DNA of 64,000 nt from assembly GCA_030656575.1 (NCBI GenBank), contig JAUSPO010000039.1, positions 8,724 through 72,723 on the forward strand. Direction: 5' to 3'. The notes beneath the pieces are model-generated. The model did not search any database. It was given only the letters and a program-made list of their open reading frames with translations, and was not told where the DNA came from. Position 1 is the stretch's first letter. Every line of letters begins with the position of its first letter. This DNA is from Bacillota bacterium. Lineage in GTDB: Bacteria; Bacillota; Dethiobacteria; DTU022; UBA8154. Both the position numbers and the translations under genes were made by a program. Positions 37,627 through 48,046 of the stretch are shown piece after piece.

Positions 37627-39216
37627 ATGACTTTGCAGCATGAAGAGCTAAAAAAACAGGTAAACAGCAGACGCACATTTGCCATCATTTCACACCCGGA
37701 TGCTGGAAAAACAACCATGACGGAGAAATTGCTGCTTTACGGCGGGGCAATCCGACTTGCCGGTTCCATTAAGGGGAGAAAGACAAAGAAGTATGCCGCC
37801 TCTGACTGGATGGAGATGGAAAGGGAGAGAGGTATTTCCATCACTTCCAGCGTTCTGCAGTTCTCTTATAATGGCTACCGCATAAATATCCTGGACACGC
37901 CGGGGCACCAGGACTTCAGTGAGGACACATACCGCACCCTGACCGCGGCGGACTGCGCACTGATGATGATCGACATGGCTAAAGGAGTGGAAGCGCAGAC
38001 GGAAAAACTCTTTAAAGTATGTCGTATGCAGGGTATCCCCATTTTTACCTTTATCAACAAACTGGATCGCCACGGCCGCGAGCCTCTGGAGCTGCTGGAT
38101 GAAATTGAGAATGTGCTGGGTATTGGCTCCTGTCCATTAAACTGGCCGGCTGGTCTGGCTTCCGGCAGTTACGGGCTTTACGACAGACGGCTGCAAAAAC
38201 TGGAGCTCTGCCAGGGTGGTCAGATTAGTGAAATTGTTCCCTCAAACGGACGGGGCCTTGAAGATGCAGCGATCCAAAATGCCCTGGAAGGTTCCTTTTA
38301 TGAGAAACTGAAGCAGGAAATGGAGCTGCTTGATGGTGCCGGGAATAAATTTGAGCTGGATAAAGTAAAAAAAGGACTCCTGACGCCGGTGTTTTTCGGC
38401 AGCGCGATCAGCGGTTTTGGCATAGAAACGTTTTTTCACGAATTTCTCAAAATGGCCCCGCCGCCGGCAGGGAAGAAGGCTGATGCCGGTCTTATAGAGC
38501 CCACGGCAAATAAATTTTCCGGATTTATCTTCAAGATCCAGGCCAATATGAACCCGGCCCACCGGGACCGCATTGCCTTTTTGAGGGTTTGCTCCGGTAA
38601 ATTTGAACGGGATAAGGTGGTTACCCTTGTGCGCACGGGCAAAAATATCAGGCTTTCGCAGCCGCAGCAATTCCTGGGTCAAAATCGAAATATCGTGGAA
38701 GAGGCCTATCCAGGAGATATTATCGGCTTATTTGACCCCGGCCTTTACCAGATTGGGGATACTTTATGTGAAGACGGGTCCTTCAAGTTTGAAAAACTGC
38801 CCCGTTTTTCGCCGGAACTGTTTGCCAAAGTAACGGCCCGAGATGCCACAAAATACAAACACTTTCATAAGGGACTTTCCCAATTGGCAGAGGAAGGCGC
38901 TGTCCAAATATTTAAGGTGCCAAGAACAGAGGAAATTATCCTGGGAGTTGTTGGAGAGCTGCAGTTCGAAGTATTTCAGCACAGGCTCCAATCAGAATAC
39001 GGCGCAGCAGTAAACCTGCAGCGCCTGCCATACCAATTGGCCCGCTGGGTCATGAATCCGGATCCGGAAACACTTTCCCGGTTGAGGAGCTTTGTAGTAA
39101 AAGACGAAAAGGACCAAACGGTTATCCTCTTTGAAAACGAATTCTCGTTAAATTATGCCAAAGATAAGAATCCGTCCGTAACCCTGTATTCCCTGGAGGA
39201 ATGTCCTATCGTTTAA
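37627..39216 (+). CDS. prfC: Peptide chain release factor 3
   Basis: GTPase motifs AIISHPDAGKTT, DTPGH, NKLD; RF3 length. Start at MTLQ with AAGGA 8 nt upstream. Confidence 0.9.
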   Translation: MTLQHEELKKQVNSRRTFAIISHPDAGKTTMTEKLLLYGGAIRLAGSIKGRKTKKYAASDWMEMERERGISITSSVLQFSYNGYRINILDTPGHQDFSEDTYRTLTAADCALMMIDMAKGVEAQTEKLFKVCRMQGIPIFTFINKLDRHGREPLELLDEIENVLGIGSCPLNWPAGLASGSYGLYDRRLQKLELCQGGQISEIVPSNGRGLEDAAIQNALEGSFYEKLKQEMELLDGAGNKFELDKVKKGLLTPVFFGSAISGFGIETFFHEFLKMAPPPAGKKADAGLIEPTANKFSGFIFKIQANMNPAHRDRIAFLRVCSGKFERDKVVTLVRTGKNIRLSQPQQFLGQNRNIVEEAYPGDIIGLFDPGLYQIGDTLCEDGSFKFEKLPRFSPELFAKVTARDATKYKHFHKGLSQLAEEGAVQIFKVPRTEEIILGVVGELQFEVFQHRLQSEYGAAVNLQRLPYQLARWVMNPDPETLSRLRSFVVKDEKDQTVILFENEFSLNYAKDKNPSVTLYSLEECPIV

Positions 39217-39425
39217 GAGATCTTGAAAAAACGCTGTTAAGAATCCGACATTGGTCTGATGGCAGCGGACGGGTGGCGGCGGTGGAAGTGCTGATCATCT
39301 TACGGGTGGACCTTTATCTCAGGGAAGGATGAGACAGCAGTCTGATTAAACGAAAATTATTTCCTGAACATAGGTGCACTTCAGTTGACTCTCCTTACTA
39401 TTTAATAATAATTTGCTAATTTGAA

Positions 39426-39743
39426 TTAAATAAGCTCTTTTATTTTAGCCAATACTTCCTCCAGACGAAAGGGTTTGTAAATGATGTCCTGATAGGTTCC
39501 TTCTGGCGGAAAATCAACATCATTCTTCTCTGAACCCGTAACAATGATTACGGGCAATTCGTATAATAAGGGGTTTTGCCGCAGCTTATGAATAACCATT
39601 TTCCCGCTTGTACCCGGCATCTTTAAATCTACCATTACCAGATCAGGTGGGGACTCACTGTTGAGCTTGATTAGCCCTTCATCGCCATCATATGCCGTAA
39701 GTATATGGTAACCTACATCGGACAGAAATTCTTCAAAAATCAT
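39426..39743 (-). CDS. Single-domain CheY-like receiver protein lacking the N-terminal beta1/acidic-pocket segment (possibly truncated)
   Basis: Phospho-acceptor Asp (VDLKMPG), Thr (IIVTG) and Lys (YKPF) equivalents are present. The protein starts within alpha1, with no upstream in-frame start before a stop. Confidence 0.45.
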   Translation of the reverse strand: MIFEEFLSDVGYHILTAYDGDEGLIKLNSESPPDLVMVDLKMPGTSGKMVIHKLRQNPLLYELPVIIVTGSEKNDVDFPPEGTYQDIIYKPFRLEEVLAKIKELI

Positions 39744-40073
39744 GACTAGGCTTTGTTGAATGTTGTAAGGTTTTGTTGATAACTTGCAGTTTTAGCTGGC
39801 AACTATTTTAACACTGGGCATTCAGACCCTGAACAAGGAGATAAAAATGTTGGAAGGTATGACTGAGTATGAAAAACCCCTGCCGGAAAGACCACCCGTT
39901 TCCACGAGGTACCTGGACGTAATGAGGATGTCTTCATATTCCGCACCATTTTATGGGGTTTGCAGGAGGCACAGGACCACCACTTGAGCCCTGTTCTTTG
40001 AGGTAGCACAAAAGGAAAGCCCTCATTTCACAATCTGGTTTCTGGAGTTCGTCATAAAGGAATTTAGATAGTA

Positions 40074-41933
40074 TTATGCTTTTATATATTTCCTGCGCTT
40101 AAAAAAGAAGAGCATGATTATCCCGGCAATTATGGCTGCTCCCGATACCAGCAATAAAGTTAAAGCAGCCTTGTCTATGGCTTGGGGCTGCCCGGTGCCC
40201 ATGCCAAAACGAGGGTTTCCGCCGGGGTCTCCTCCCGGCCATATACCGCGGGACATCCCACCGCCATCAGGAAAACCTGCCATCATTTCGGCTATATTCT
40301 CAGGAATTCCTAACTCTCCGGCTTTTTCCCGCAGTTCGTCATTGAGGCCTCCTGCCTGCAAAATCTCCTGCCTGAGGGTCTCCATTGCTGCTATGTCCAA
40401 TCCTTCAGGAATTACCATACCTCCTGGCTGCCGGCCGCCGCCATCCCAGGCAGGCCTTTCGGTATTTTCACCAGGGCGCTGCTGAGGGGGGATTCGACCT
40501 CCATCAATATTGCGCACTCCGCCTCCGCCCATTCCTCCCATGCCGCTGCCGTTGTTTCTGGAAGGCAGCTCACCGCTAAGCTGATTTTGTATTAATTCGG
40601 ACATTGCAGCGGCAAGCTCAAGAATCCCTGGAACATTGCCGCCAAAACCCTGCACTCCACCCATCCTGAAGCCCTGGTTTCCGGACACATTGTTTGCCTC
40701 CGGTATATTCGGCACAACTTCTGCCTGGTTTTCATCCCCCATGGCACCGCCCGCAATAGTACCGGAAATGCTTCTTTCAAACTGCTCGTAAGTATAAAAG
40801 GCCGTGGGATCTGTTCTGACGTATGGGGAAATCAGCTCAAAAAGCCGTGCTGTTTCATCTTCCAGGTAGCTGCTGCTTAAAAACTCTGTTGCAATCTCCT
40901 CAAGATAACCGTGATAGGTTTCGAGATATTCTTCATTTGCAAAGAGACTGGCGATAAGGGGTCTTTCGGCAAGCGCCCCCTGGGTCGGCTCATCAATATA
41001 CACACTTGTAGCATCACCACCAAAGCTAAAACCGCCAAAGGACATGTTTAAATCCCATGGGAGTATTGTAAAAACGCCGTTTTGCTCATAGAGGTAGTAA
41101 TTGTGCCCCATTCTGCCCTGGTAGCTGTCAAAATTGGCCAGGGCGGTGCTGACGGCGATGTACCTTAGCGCCGCGTCAACATCGAGATATTTTTCCAGAT
41201 CACCATCGTTATTTAAAGCGTCGAGCATCCTTATCAGCCTGGACCAGTCGGCATTCTTGCGGTCACTTTTAACTTCGAGGCCTGTATAGTCGGCCGGATT
41301 GGTGCCGTTATACCTAAGGGTATTGCCCACAGATTTGTACAGGTCTCCGGTAATGTTCCCAAAGTTCCTTTCCAGATAGGGTTCCAATATGCTCTCAACC
41401 GCGAGGTAGAGGCCGAAATAGTCCCCGTTTACATACACGGCGGCAAAGGCAAAGGCTGGAACGGCCACCCCCATCTCCTCGAAGATCTGATAGGAGAGAT
41501 ACTCACGCATATAGGATGGGTCGGAAAAGCCGTTGTTCAGATTCAGCTGGGTAAGCCCCGCCATGGTCTGGTTTTTAACTAAGCTATCGAAATTTATTTT
41601 GAAGCTGTAACGGTTGCTGTCACTGCGTGCGACCGACATGAGACTGGAATTCCCTTTAGTCCTTATCCTCACCGACGGGTAGATATCGCCGTTTACCGTT
41701 ACCGTCGCCGGGTGGAACTTCTCTGCCATGGGGTTTTCCATCATGTTTTCCCAATCAGCCTCGCTGATTCCAATGTTAACATCCATTACTTCATCTCTTT
41801 GAAAGTACCTGCTTACATATTCGTCGCCGTATACAGTAACTTTGCCGGTGCCGAAAGCCGTGTAAGCGAAAACAAATAAGGCCGTAAATATTACCATTAC
41901 TAATGATAGCAAGATAATCCTGTTATTTGTCAT
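40074..41933 (-). CDS. cotH: CotH-family (spore coat protein H-like kinase fold) protein with N-terminal TM anchor, Gly/Pro-rich low-complexity region and C-terminal TM
   Basis: CotH motifs (LNLNNGFSDPSYMREY, NYYLY, DLNMSFGG). Confidence 0.75.
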   Translation of the reverse strand: MTNNRIILLSLVMVIFTALFVFAYTAFGTGKVTVYGDEYVSRYFQRDEVMDVNIGISEADWENMMENPMAEKFHPATVTVNGDIYPSVRIRTKGNSSLMSVARSDSNRYSFKINFDSLVKNQTMAGLTQLNLNNGFSDPSYMREYLSYQIFEEMGVAVPAFAFAAVYVNGDYFGLYLAVESILEPYLERNFGNITGDLYKSVGNTLRYNGTNPADYTGLEVKSDRKNADWSRLIRMLDALNNDGDLEKYLDVDAALRYIAVSTALANFDSYQGRMGHNYYLYEQNGVFTILPWDLNMSFGGFSFGGDATSVYIDEPTQGALAERPLIASLFANEEYLETYHGYLEEIATEFLSSSYLEDETARLFELISPYVRTDPTAFYTYEQFERSISGTIAGGAMGDENQAEVVPNIPEANNVSGNQGFRMGGVQGFGGNVPGILELAAAMSELIQNQLSGELPSRNNGSGMGGMGGGGVRNIDGGRIPPQQRPGENTERPAWDGGGRQPGGMVIPEGLDIAAMETLRQEILQAGGLNDELREKAGELGIPENIAEMMAGFPDGGGMSRGIWPGGDPGGNPRFGMGTGQPQAIDKAALTLLLVSGAAIIAGIIMLFFFKRRKYIKA

Positions 41934-41950
41934 AAACCTGCACTCCCTTT

Positions 41951-42625
41951 TTAGGATGCATATTCCCCGCTGAAGCTCACCAGGGATGTATTAGTGACGC
42001 CCGGGATTGCTGTCAGTTCGTTTACAAACTGCGTTTCCCCGCCTTTTAAGCGTATCTCCAGAACAAGTTCAATGCCTTTTGATGCTGTAACGGTTTTGGA
42101 TTTCACACGATATTTGGAAAACTTCTTTTTCATCAGCCCTATGGTTTCACTCTCGGCACTTTCATCCGTGCAATTGATGATAACGATGTAAGGCATATCA
42201 ACCACATTTTTGCTGACAAAAGCGACAAGAGTAAGACCGATAATTACCGAACCCAGTACGGCGACAGGAATAAATCCGGCCCCAAGGATTATGCCGGTGC
42301 CTATTGCCCAGAAGAGAAAGACTAAATCCATGGGGTCTTTTATGGGAGTGCGGAATCGGACGATGGAAAGGGCGCCCACCATGCCGAGGGAAAGAACGAC
42401 GTTGGAAGTTACGGTAAGGATGACCACAGTGGTGAGCATTGTAAGCAGCAGAAGCGAAATGTTGAACGGCCGTGAATACATGACGCCTGAAAAAGTCTTT
42501 TTGTAGATAAGATAGATAAACATACCCACGAGGAAAGCGGCACCCAAGGCTATAACTGCATCAATGAAGGAAAAACCGGATACCTTTTCCAGAAAACTTG
42601 ATTTAAAAATATCATTAAATGTCAT
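41951..42625 (-). CDS. DUF4956-domain membrane protein
   Basis: N-terminal SFIDAVIALGAAFLVGMFIYLIY pattern and 4-5 TM helices. Conserved partner of VTC-domain and CotH proteins. Confidence 0.6.
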   Translation of the reverse strand: MTFNDIFKSSFLEKVSGFSFIDAVIALGAAFLVGMFIYLIYKKTFSGVMYSRPFNISLLLLTMLTTVVILTVTSNVVLSLGMVGALSIVRFRTPIKDPMDLVFLFWAIGTGIILGAGFIPVAVLGSVIIGLTLVAFVSKNVVDMPYIVIINCTDESAESETIGLMKKKFSKYRVKSKTVTASKGIELVLEIRLKGGETQFVNELTAIPGVTNTSLVSFSGEYAS

Positions 42626-42648
42626 ATTCTCTTACTCCTTTCAATTGT

Positions 42649-43341
42649 TCACATATATTGGCGGCAGGCCGCATATTTTGAAACCGGTGTTGATGTGCAT
42701 TTGTTCAACTGGACGATATCCTGGATAAACTCCGGCAAGAACCCGTCATATTTTACCTCGAGGATGCAGAGGCCTTTATCTATGGCTGACGCGGTTGGCA
42801 GGTCCTCATCAAAAAGGTCGGTGGAACTTATAGATGCTTTAATGTCAAAATCCATGGTGATCCGCACATTTCCCGCGGGGTGGAGATAAGCCTCCCGCAT
42901 ATAATCCACCACTGTTCTGGGAAGAAGTCTTTCTGTCTTGATCCTGAGGTAAAGCTCCCTCAGCAGTGCCTGGTCAGAGTCTCTGAGAAAGCCTATCTCA
43001 CCACTTAGGATACTTTGCACATCCTCTTTTGTTAACGTTGCTTTAAGCTTTGTGCCCTTGCCGAAATATTTAATTTTTTTCTCCAGGCGGATAAAGCTGT
43101 GGTTGTGATTGTAGAAACGGATGCGGAATTTTTCCTTGATTGGAAGTCCCTCTAACTTTTCATGGAGGGCCTTGTTCTCCGGCGTATCGAAATAGAGACT
43201 GCGGATATGGTATCTGCCGTCCGGCCCGGCGTTCTGGTCAGGGCGCAGCAGGCAGGACAGCCTGCTTCTGATCACCAGCGCATCCGCCTGAGTCACCACA
43301 TGCTTTAGTTCATTGCGGAACTTTAAGTTGTTCATAAACAT
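42649..43341 (-). CDS. VTC-domain (polyphosphate-polymerase/CYTH-like) protein
   Basis: ELKHVV...RSLYFDTPE...RIRFY motifs typical of the bacterial VTC domain. Confidence 0.65.
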   Translation of the reverse strand: MFMNNLKFRNELKHVVTQADALVIRSRLSCLLRPDQNAGPDGRYHIRSLYFDTPENKALHEKLEGLPIKEKFRIRFYNHNHSFIRLEKKIKYFGKGTKLKATLTKEDVQSILSGEIGFLRDSDQALLRELYLRIKTERLLPRTVVDYMREAYLHPAGNVRITMDFDIKASISSTDLFDEDLPTASAIDKGLCILEVKYDGFLPEFIQDIVQLNKCTSTPVSKYAACRQYM

Positions 43342-43719
43342 AAATAATCACCTCACTTTCCTTCCAGAAGGGTAAGCGTTCCGGAAAAGGTTTGACCATT
43401 CCGGTATAACTTAACGGGGATTTCATCGCCAACTTTGTGCAGCATCTGTCTGGATAAGAGTGTCAGCCACATTTTCAGCATTAACTTTGCGGTCAATATG
43501 CAATAAGCCTGACCTTCAATACGTTTCCTATTTTGCCGGACATAACCTCAAAACCCCTTTCATTTTATTCTTTATGCTTTATTCTAGCTTAGAACTTGTC
43601 TACAAATCACCGAAAAGAGACGGTAAAAATAACGCAAAGTTGCCGCAAAAAAAAGAACGGGGCAGCAAAAAAGCACTTCCGTTCTCTGTGATATTCTATT
43701 CTGATTGCGAGGTTTGTTT

Positions 43720-45144
43720 TTAAAAGGTAATAGTGAAGGCGGTTCCCTGAGCGGTGTTCTTAGCTTCAATTTTGCCGCTGTGCTGCTCGATTACCGATTT
43801 TACTATGGAAAGCCCTATGCCGTGTTTGCCCCCGTTGGCTTTATAAAAACGGTCAAAGATATGAGGAAGGTCTTCCTTCGATATACCTTCGCCATCATCG
43901 ACCACAGCAATGGTTATTCCACCGTATGGACGGTGGCAGGAAATGGTGATCTTGCTTTTTGCATATCTGATGGCGTTTGAGATAAGATTGGAAAAAGCCC
44001 GGGAGAGACGCTTTTCATCGCAGCGCATATTCACCGGCTGATCATCAAACTCGAAAATAAACTGTAACCCCCTCTCCGCCGCCAGAGTTCTCTGGCGTTC
44101 GGCACAGTTTGAAAGAAGCTCGCGCAGATCCCATTCCTCTAAGCTGCTGTTCGTAGTTATGCTGTCGATACGCGAGAGGTAAAGCAGATCTTCAACCATT
44201 TCACTGAGGCGGTCGGTTTCACTGATGATCACCCGGCTGGATTCTTGATCGTCCAGGATCCCGTGTTCGATACCCTCTGCATTACACCTGATGGCCTGCA
44301 GTGGAGTTCGGAGCTCATGGGATATGTTTTGAAAAAATGTCTTCTGCTCTTTATCATAGGCATCAAGCTGTGCAGCCGCTTTGTTCATGCTCTCGGCCAG
44401 TTCCGCAAGCTCAATATCCCCATAATTCAAGGTATTTTTTGAAAAATCCCCCCTGCCGATTCTCATGGCAAATCGTTTTAGTTCCCTGACAGGCTCAGCG
44501 ATTTTGCCCGACAAAAAGATAGCAATGGCAGCAGCTAAAATCCCTGCCATACCCATAACCACCAGAAGAACAGTGTTGATACGATCTGCAAAGGAAGTGA
44601 TCGCTGTCATATCTATATAGTAGATTAAATACGACCTGTGCATGAACACATATTCCGGTACCTGCACTGAAACATAATAGTACTCGCTGCCTGTTGCCTT
44701 AAGCCGCATGATTTCAGTGCTCTGCAGATCTGCCTGCTCAGTCTTAAGCTGCGATGCCAAAGCAATCATCTCCTCATAGTTGTGCATGAAGATCATGTTC
44801 AAATCAGGGAAGATGAGTTCGTAATTCTCTGTAATAATTAATGCCTCAGCTTTGCCTATCTGACTCCTCGGCAGCGTTCTGATATTGGGAATGTAATCGG
44901 GCCTTTGCCCCGGCGGAGGCAGTTCAACTGGTGGCATCAGCCTAGGCGGATTTTTCTCATCAAAGACGATCTGTACTGCGTCCTTAAGTTGTTCATTTAC
45001 GCTGTTCTTAATATATTCTCCCACAAGCAGGTTGAAAACAGCAAAAACCACCAGAAAAATGACGGCAATAAGAGCGAGCACTATAGCGAGTATCCTTGTG
45101 CGGATGCTGATCTTGCGGGTATTTATTTTAAGCATCGTCCGCAC
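43720..45144 (-). CDS. Sensor histidine kinase (2 TM, HAMP-like, HisKA, HATPase_c)
   Basis: H-box HELRTPL; N, G1 and G2 boxes (DDGEGI, GIGLSIV). Confidence 0.85.
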   Translation of the reverse strand: MRTMLKINTRKISIRTRILAIVLALIAVIFLVVFAVFNLLVGEYIKNSVNEQLKDAVQIVFDEKNPPRLMPPVELPPPGQRPDYIPNIRTLPRSQIGKAEALIITENYELIFPDLNMIFMHNYEEMIALASQLKTEQADLQSTEIMRLKATGSEYYYVSVQVPEYVFMHRSYLIYYIDMTAITSFADRINTVLLVVMGMAGILAAAIAIFLSGKIAEPVRELKRFAMRIGRGDFSKNTLNYGDIELAELAESMNKAAAQLDAYDKEQKTFFQNISHELRTPLQAIRCNAEGIEHGILDDQESSRVIISETDRLSEMVEDLLYLSRIDSITTNSSLEEWDLRELLSNCAERQRTLAAERGLQFIFEFDDQPVNMRCDEKRLSRAFSNLISNAIRYAKSKITISCHRPYGGITIAVVDDGEGISKEDLPHIFDRFYKANGGKHGIGLSIVKSVIEQHSGKIEAKNTAQGTAFTITF

Positions 45145-45838
45145 GCTCCTTCAGGCGAAAACCGAAACCCCATACCGTATCTATGACCGTCCTGCTGCAC
45201 GACAGCTTCTTGCGAAGCCTTCTTACTGTGTCATCGGCAGCCCGTGTCTCCACTTCGCTGTTATATCCCCATACTTTGTTGAGCAGTTCGTCCCTTGAGA
45301 TGGCCCGGTCTTTATTTTCAATGAGATAGGATAAGAGGTTGTATTCGTTTGGCGAAAGTTCTAAAGGCAGATCATCAAGCTTCACTGTTTTATTCTGCAG
45401 ATCTATTTGTATATCAGCATAGGTAAGAAGACGCGGCGAAGAATTTTCTTCACCCGCTTTATCAAATTCTATCCTGCGGAATATTGCTTTAACCCGCATG
45501 ACAAGGGAGATGGCGGAAAAGGGCTTGGTAAAATAGTCATCGCTGCCGAGGTTTATCCCTGTGGCGTAATCCAGGTCGCTGTCGCGCGCTGTGAGCATGA
45601 TGATGGGCACTGTGCTTAGCTTGCGCAGTTCTGAGCAAACGGTAAAGCCGCCGGAGCCAGGCATCATCACGTCGAGGATCACAAGGTCGCATGCTTTATC
45701 TTTAAAAGCAGCGAGCAGCTTATCGCCGTCCTCAAAAGCGGTGACGCCATACCCTTCACTCTCGAGAAAGGATTTGACTACATCCCGTATGTTTTGTTCG
45801 TCATCTGCAATATATATGGATTTACACATGCTTTCCAT
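45128..45838 (-). CDS. OmpR-family response regulator (REC + winged-helix)
   Basis: DD..D57 (LVILDVMMPG), T, K residues. C-terminal trans_reg_C (VWGY...RLRKKL). Confidence 0.85.
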   Translation of the reverse strand: MESMCKSIYIADDEQNIRDVVKSFLESEGYGVTAFEDGDKLLAAFKDKACDLVILDVMMPGSGGFTVCSELRKLSTVPIIMLTARDSDLDYATGINLGSDDYFTKPFSAISLVMRVKAIFRRIEFDKAGEENSSPRLLTYADIQIDLQNKTVKLDDLPLELSPNEYNLLSYLIENKDRAISRDELLNKVWGYNSEVETRAADDTVRRLRKKLSCSRTVIDTVWGFGFRLKERADDA

Positions 45839-46584
45839 GCCTCCAGTTTCTTCACCATCATTATAAGTTGACCGGCAGGTTAAATCTCCGTAGATTTGAT
45901 AGGAATTTGCCGCAAAACTACCGCAGTTCCCCAGTGATAGGATATTTCGATATTACCAAATAAAATACCTTTGGGCATTTTTTCATTTTTTTGCCTTAGA
46001 AAGCTACACAGCATATACTGGAGGCTTCTCCAAGGGAACGGAAAAGGATGGAATCTATACTGGAGGAAGCTACAATGGTGGGATCGAACTTGTTGTCATT
46101 AAGTCCGGAACAGGATTCCAGCAGAACATGATGTCCGGACGGGGTGAACAAAATCCAGGATGCCCCCTGGAACAAAGGAAGAGTACCTGATGCAAGATGA
46201 TTGGGTAACTCGACTCTCAAAGATTAAATCTTATCTGCCTTAATGGGCGGAGGGGGGAAAGGTGGTCAATAAGAATAAAAAAATGGGGCAAAATATTACT
46301 GTTGTAATTAAAAATATAAAAGGATATAGGGAGACAGAAGTGACAAACATTCAACTTCCACATGATATTTTAATTACCTCTCTGAAAGAGAATTAACCCT
46401 CTATAAATCTGAAGAAATTATTTAATGATTCCACTGCAAAAAGTCGATTTCTTGATTTGATAAAGATTTATTCCCCACTTATCAGAGGAAAAAGCGCTAT
46501 ATTTGATACCAGAACACCATAATTGCACCATTATTAAGGCTTTTCCCCCACTTTGGATATGCAATGAAGAAAAAAGAGCATTTA

Positions 46585-46735
46585 TGCAGTGGAATCATTT
46601 AATTCAACCCATAAAAGACACTTACACGCTACTCTTGCCCTGGAAAACGGCGCAGACTTAAAGACAGTATCTGCAAACCCTGGACATTCGGTATTACCGG
46701 AGTACTTACGCGCATGTTACTGAGAAAATGAAAGA
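46585..46735 (+). pseudogene. Tyrosine recombinase/phage integrase C-terminal remnant
   Basis: Reads FNSTHKRHLHATLALENGADLKTVSANPGHS (integrase box II: HxxRH...LGH), then a frameshift/stop. Lies immediately next to the tRNA 3' end. Confidence 0.5.
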
Positions 46736-46930
46736 TAACATAGCTGAGAAAGTTGGAGGCATTGGCTCCCTGTCTAAAAAAATAAGCCCCCATAAAAAAG
46801 AGCTTAACCATCAGTATTCTTCAATAGCCGGGAGTTGCCACTCCCGGTTTTATCTTGCTCTTATACTGCATTAAATTCTACCTACTGCAGTACTGTTGCC
46901 AGTACTGTCCGTTATTTAGCTTATATTATG

Positions 46931-46960
46931 AAAACGGCACTCTTTACGAGTGCCGTTTTC
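46931..46960 (-). terminator. Rho-independent terminator downstream of tRNA-Val
   Basis: AAAACGGCACTC-TTTA-CGAGTGCCGTTTT perfect 12-bp hairpin with flanking T-run. Confidence 0.7.
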
Positions 46961-46961
46961 C

Positions 46962-47036
46962 TGGTGGGGCTGCAGGGATTTGAACCCTGGACCTCTTGAA
47001 TGTGAGTCAAGCGCTCTCCCCCTGAGCTACAGCCCC
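46962..47036 (-). tRNA. tRNA-Val (anticodon CAC)
   Basis: 75-nt cloverleaf GGGGCUG/CAGCCCC acceptor, D-arm GCUC-AGGGGGAG-GAGC, anticodon stem CUUGA/UCAAG with loop CUCACAU, T-arm CAGGG-UUCAAAU-CCCUG, encoded CCA. Confidence 0.85.
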
Positions 47037-47160
47037 ATGTAAGAATAATTATAAACCCTCGGGAAGGGTATGTCAAGGACAACGAAACAGCCCAAACAAC
47101 CCCTTATGTAAAAATTGTTTAACCAAAAAAACAGAAGAGCTTTTCGTATCAAATTTTGAA

Positions 47161-47676
47161 TTAGATAACTTTTGCACCAAGAGTTCTTTCCAGTTCTTTT
47201 AAAGCAAATTCATGAGCTTCCTCATCAAAAGAGGCTACACAATTTTTTCTTACTATTACATCATAATGCCTCATGCGTGCATCGGCAGCCGTATAAAGAA
47301 CACAAATCTGAGTGCAAACACCCACCAGTTCCAGTTCCGTAACACCCAGTTCCCTGAGGGTCAAATCCAGATCCGTACCGAAAAAAGCGCTGTAACGCCG
47401 CTTGTATATTATAAAATCTCCTTCACAGGGCGCAAGCTCATCGACCACTTCAGATCCCCATTCCCCCGTCAGGCAGTGAGGAGAAAACATTTTGAACTCG
47501 GCATCATGGGGCAGGTGTTTGTCCATGATATAAATGACCGGGTTTTTCTGTAAGCGCCATTCCTTCAACCTGGATGATACGTTTTGAATTATCTCTTTCG
47601 AGTCTCCTATACAAAGAGCGCCGTTTGTTTCCAGAAAGTCTCGAAGCATATCAATAATTAAAAGAGCTTTCCTCAT
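47161..47676 (-). CDS. Isochorismatase-family cysteine hydrolase (nicotinamidase/pyrazinamidase-like)
   Basis: Catalytic triad context (LLIIDM..DF, K, GVCTQICV). Confidence 0.7.
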   Translation of the reverse strand: MRKALLIIDMLRDFLETNGALCIGDSKEIIQNVSSRLKEWRLQKNPVIYIMDKHLPHDAEFKMFSPHCLTGEWGSEVVDELAPCEGDFIIYKRRYSAFFGTDLDLTLRELGVTELELVGVCTQICVLYTAADARMRHYDVIVRKNCVASFDEEAHEFALKELERTLGAKVI

Positions 47677-47742
47677 AAAATCCCTCTTTTACAAGTTCAT
47701 ACTGGTGTGGGAACGTTGTTTTTTGCTTCATGCTTATGCTGC

Positions 47743-47940
47743 TTATGCGCTGTTTTCTTTTTTTTCTTCTTTTGTATGGGTCCATACGGGGCATCCCTGT
47801 ATTTTTTCGCCAGGATATTTCTTAGAAACCCGCTTGCAAAAATGGAAATGGGTAGAAAACCTAAAAATTAATACTACTGCAATAAAAATAGCTACTACGG
47901 CCAGCATAGGATAAATCATTAATTTCACCACCTTTTTCAT
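47743..47940 (-). CDS. Small hypothetical membrane protein (65 aa)
   Basis: Single TM helix; weak support. Confidence 0.25.
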   Translation of the reverse strand: MKKVVKLMIYPMLAVVAIFIAVVLIFRFSTHFHFCKRVSKKYPGEKIQGCPVWTHTKEEKKENSA

Positions 47941-48046
47941 TTTTGCGATTATTATAATTATATCATAAAATTAAAACTTATCTACTATCATTTTATGTGG
48001 CAGCGAGTGGCTCAGGAATCCGCAATGGTGATAATAAGTAAATAAG

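Noticed and set aside
46962-47036. Alternative identity for the tRNA (e.g. Ala or Gly)
   Set aside because: The anticodon loop parses unambiguously as CU-CAC-AU with a 5-bp stem CUUGA/UCAAG, giving anticodon CAC (Val). Discriminator A73 is consistent.
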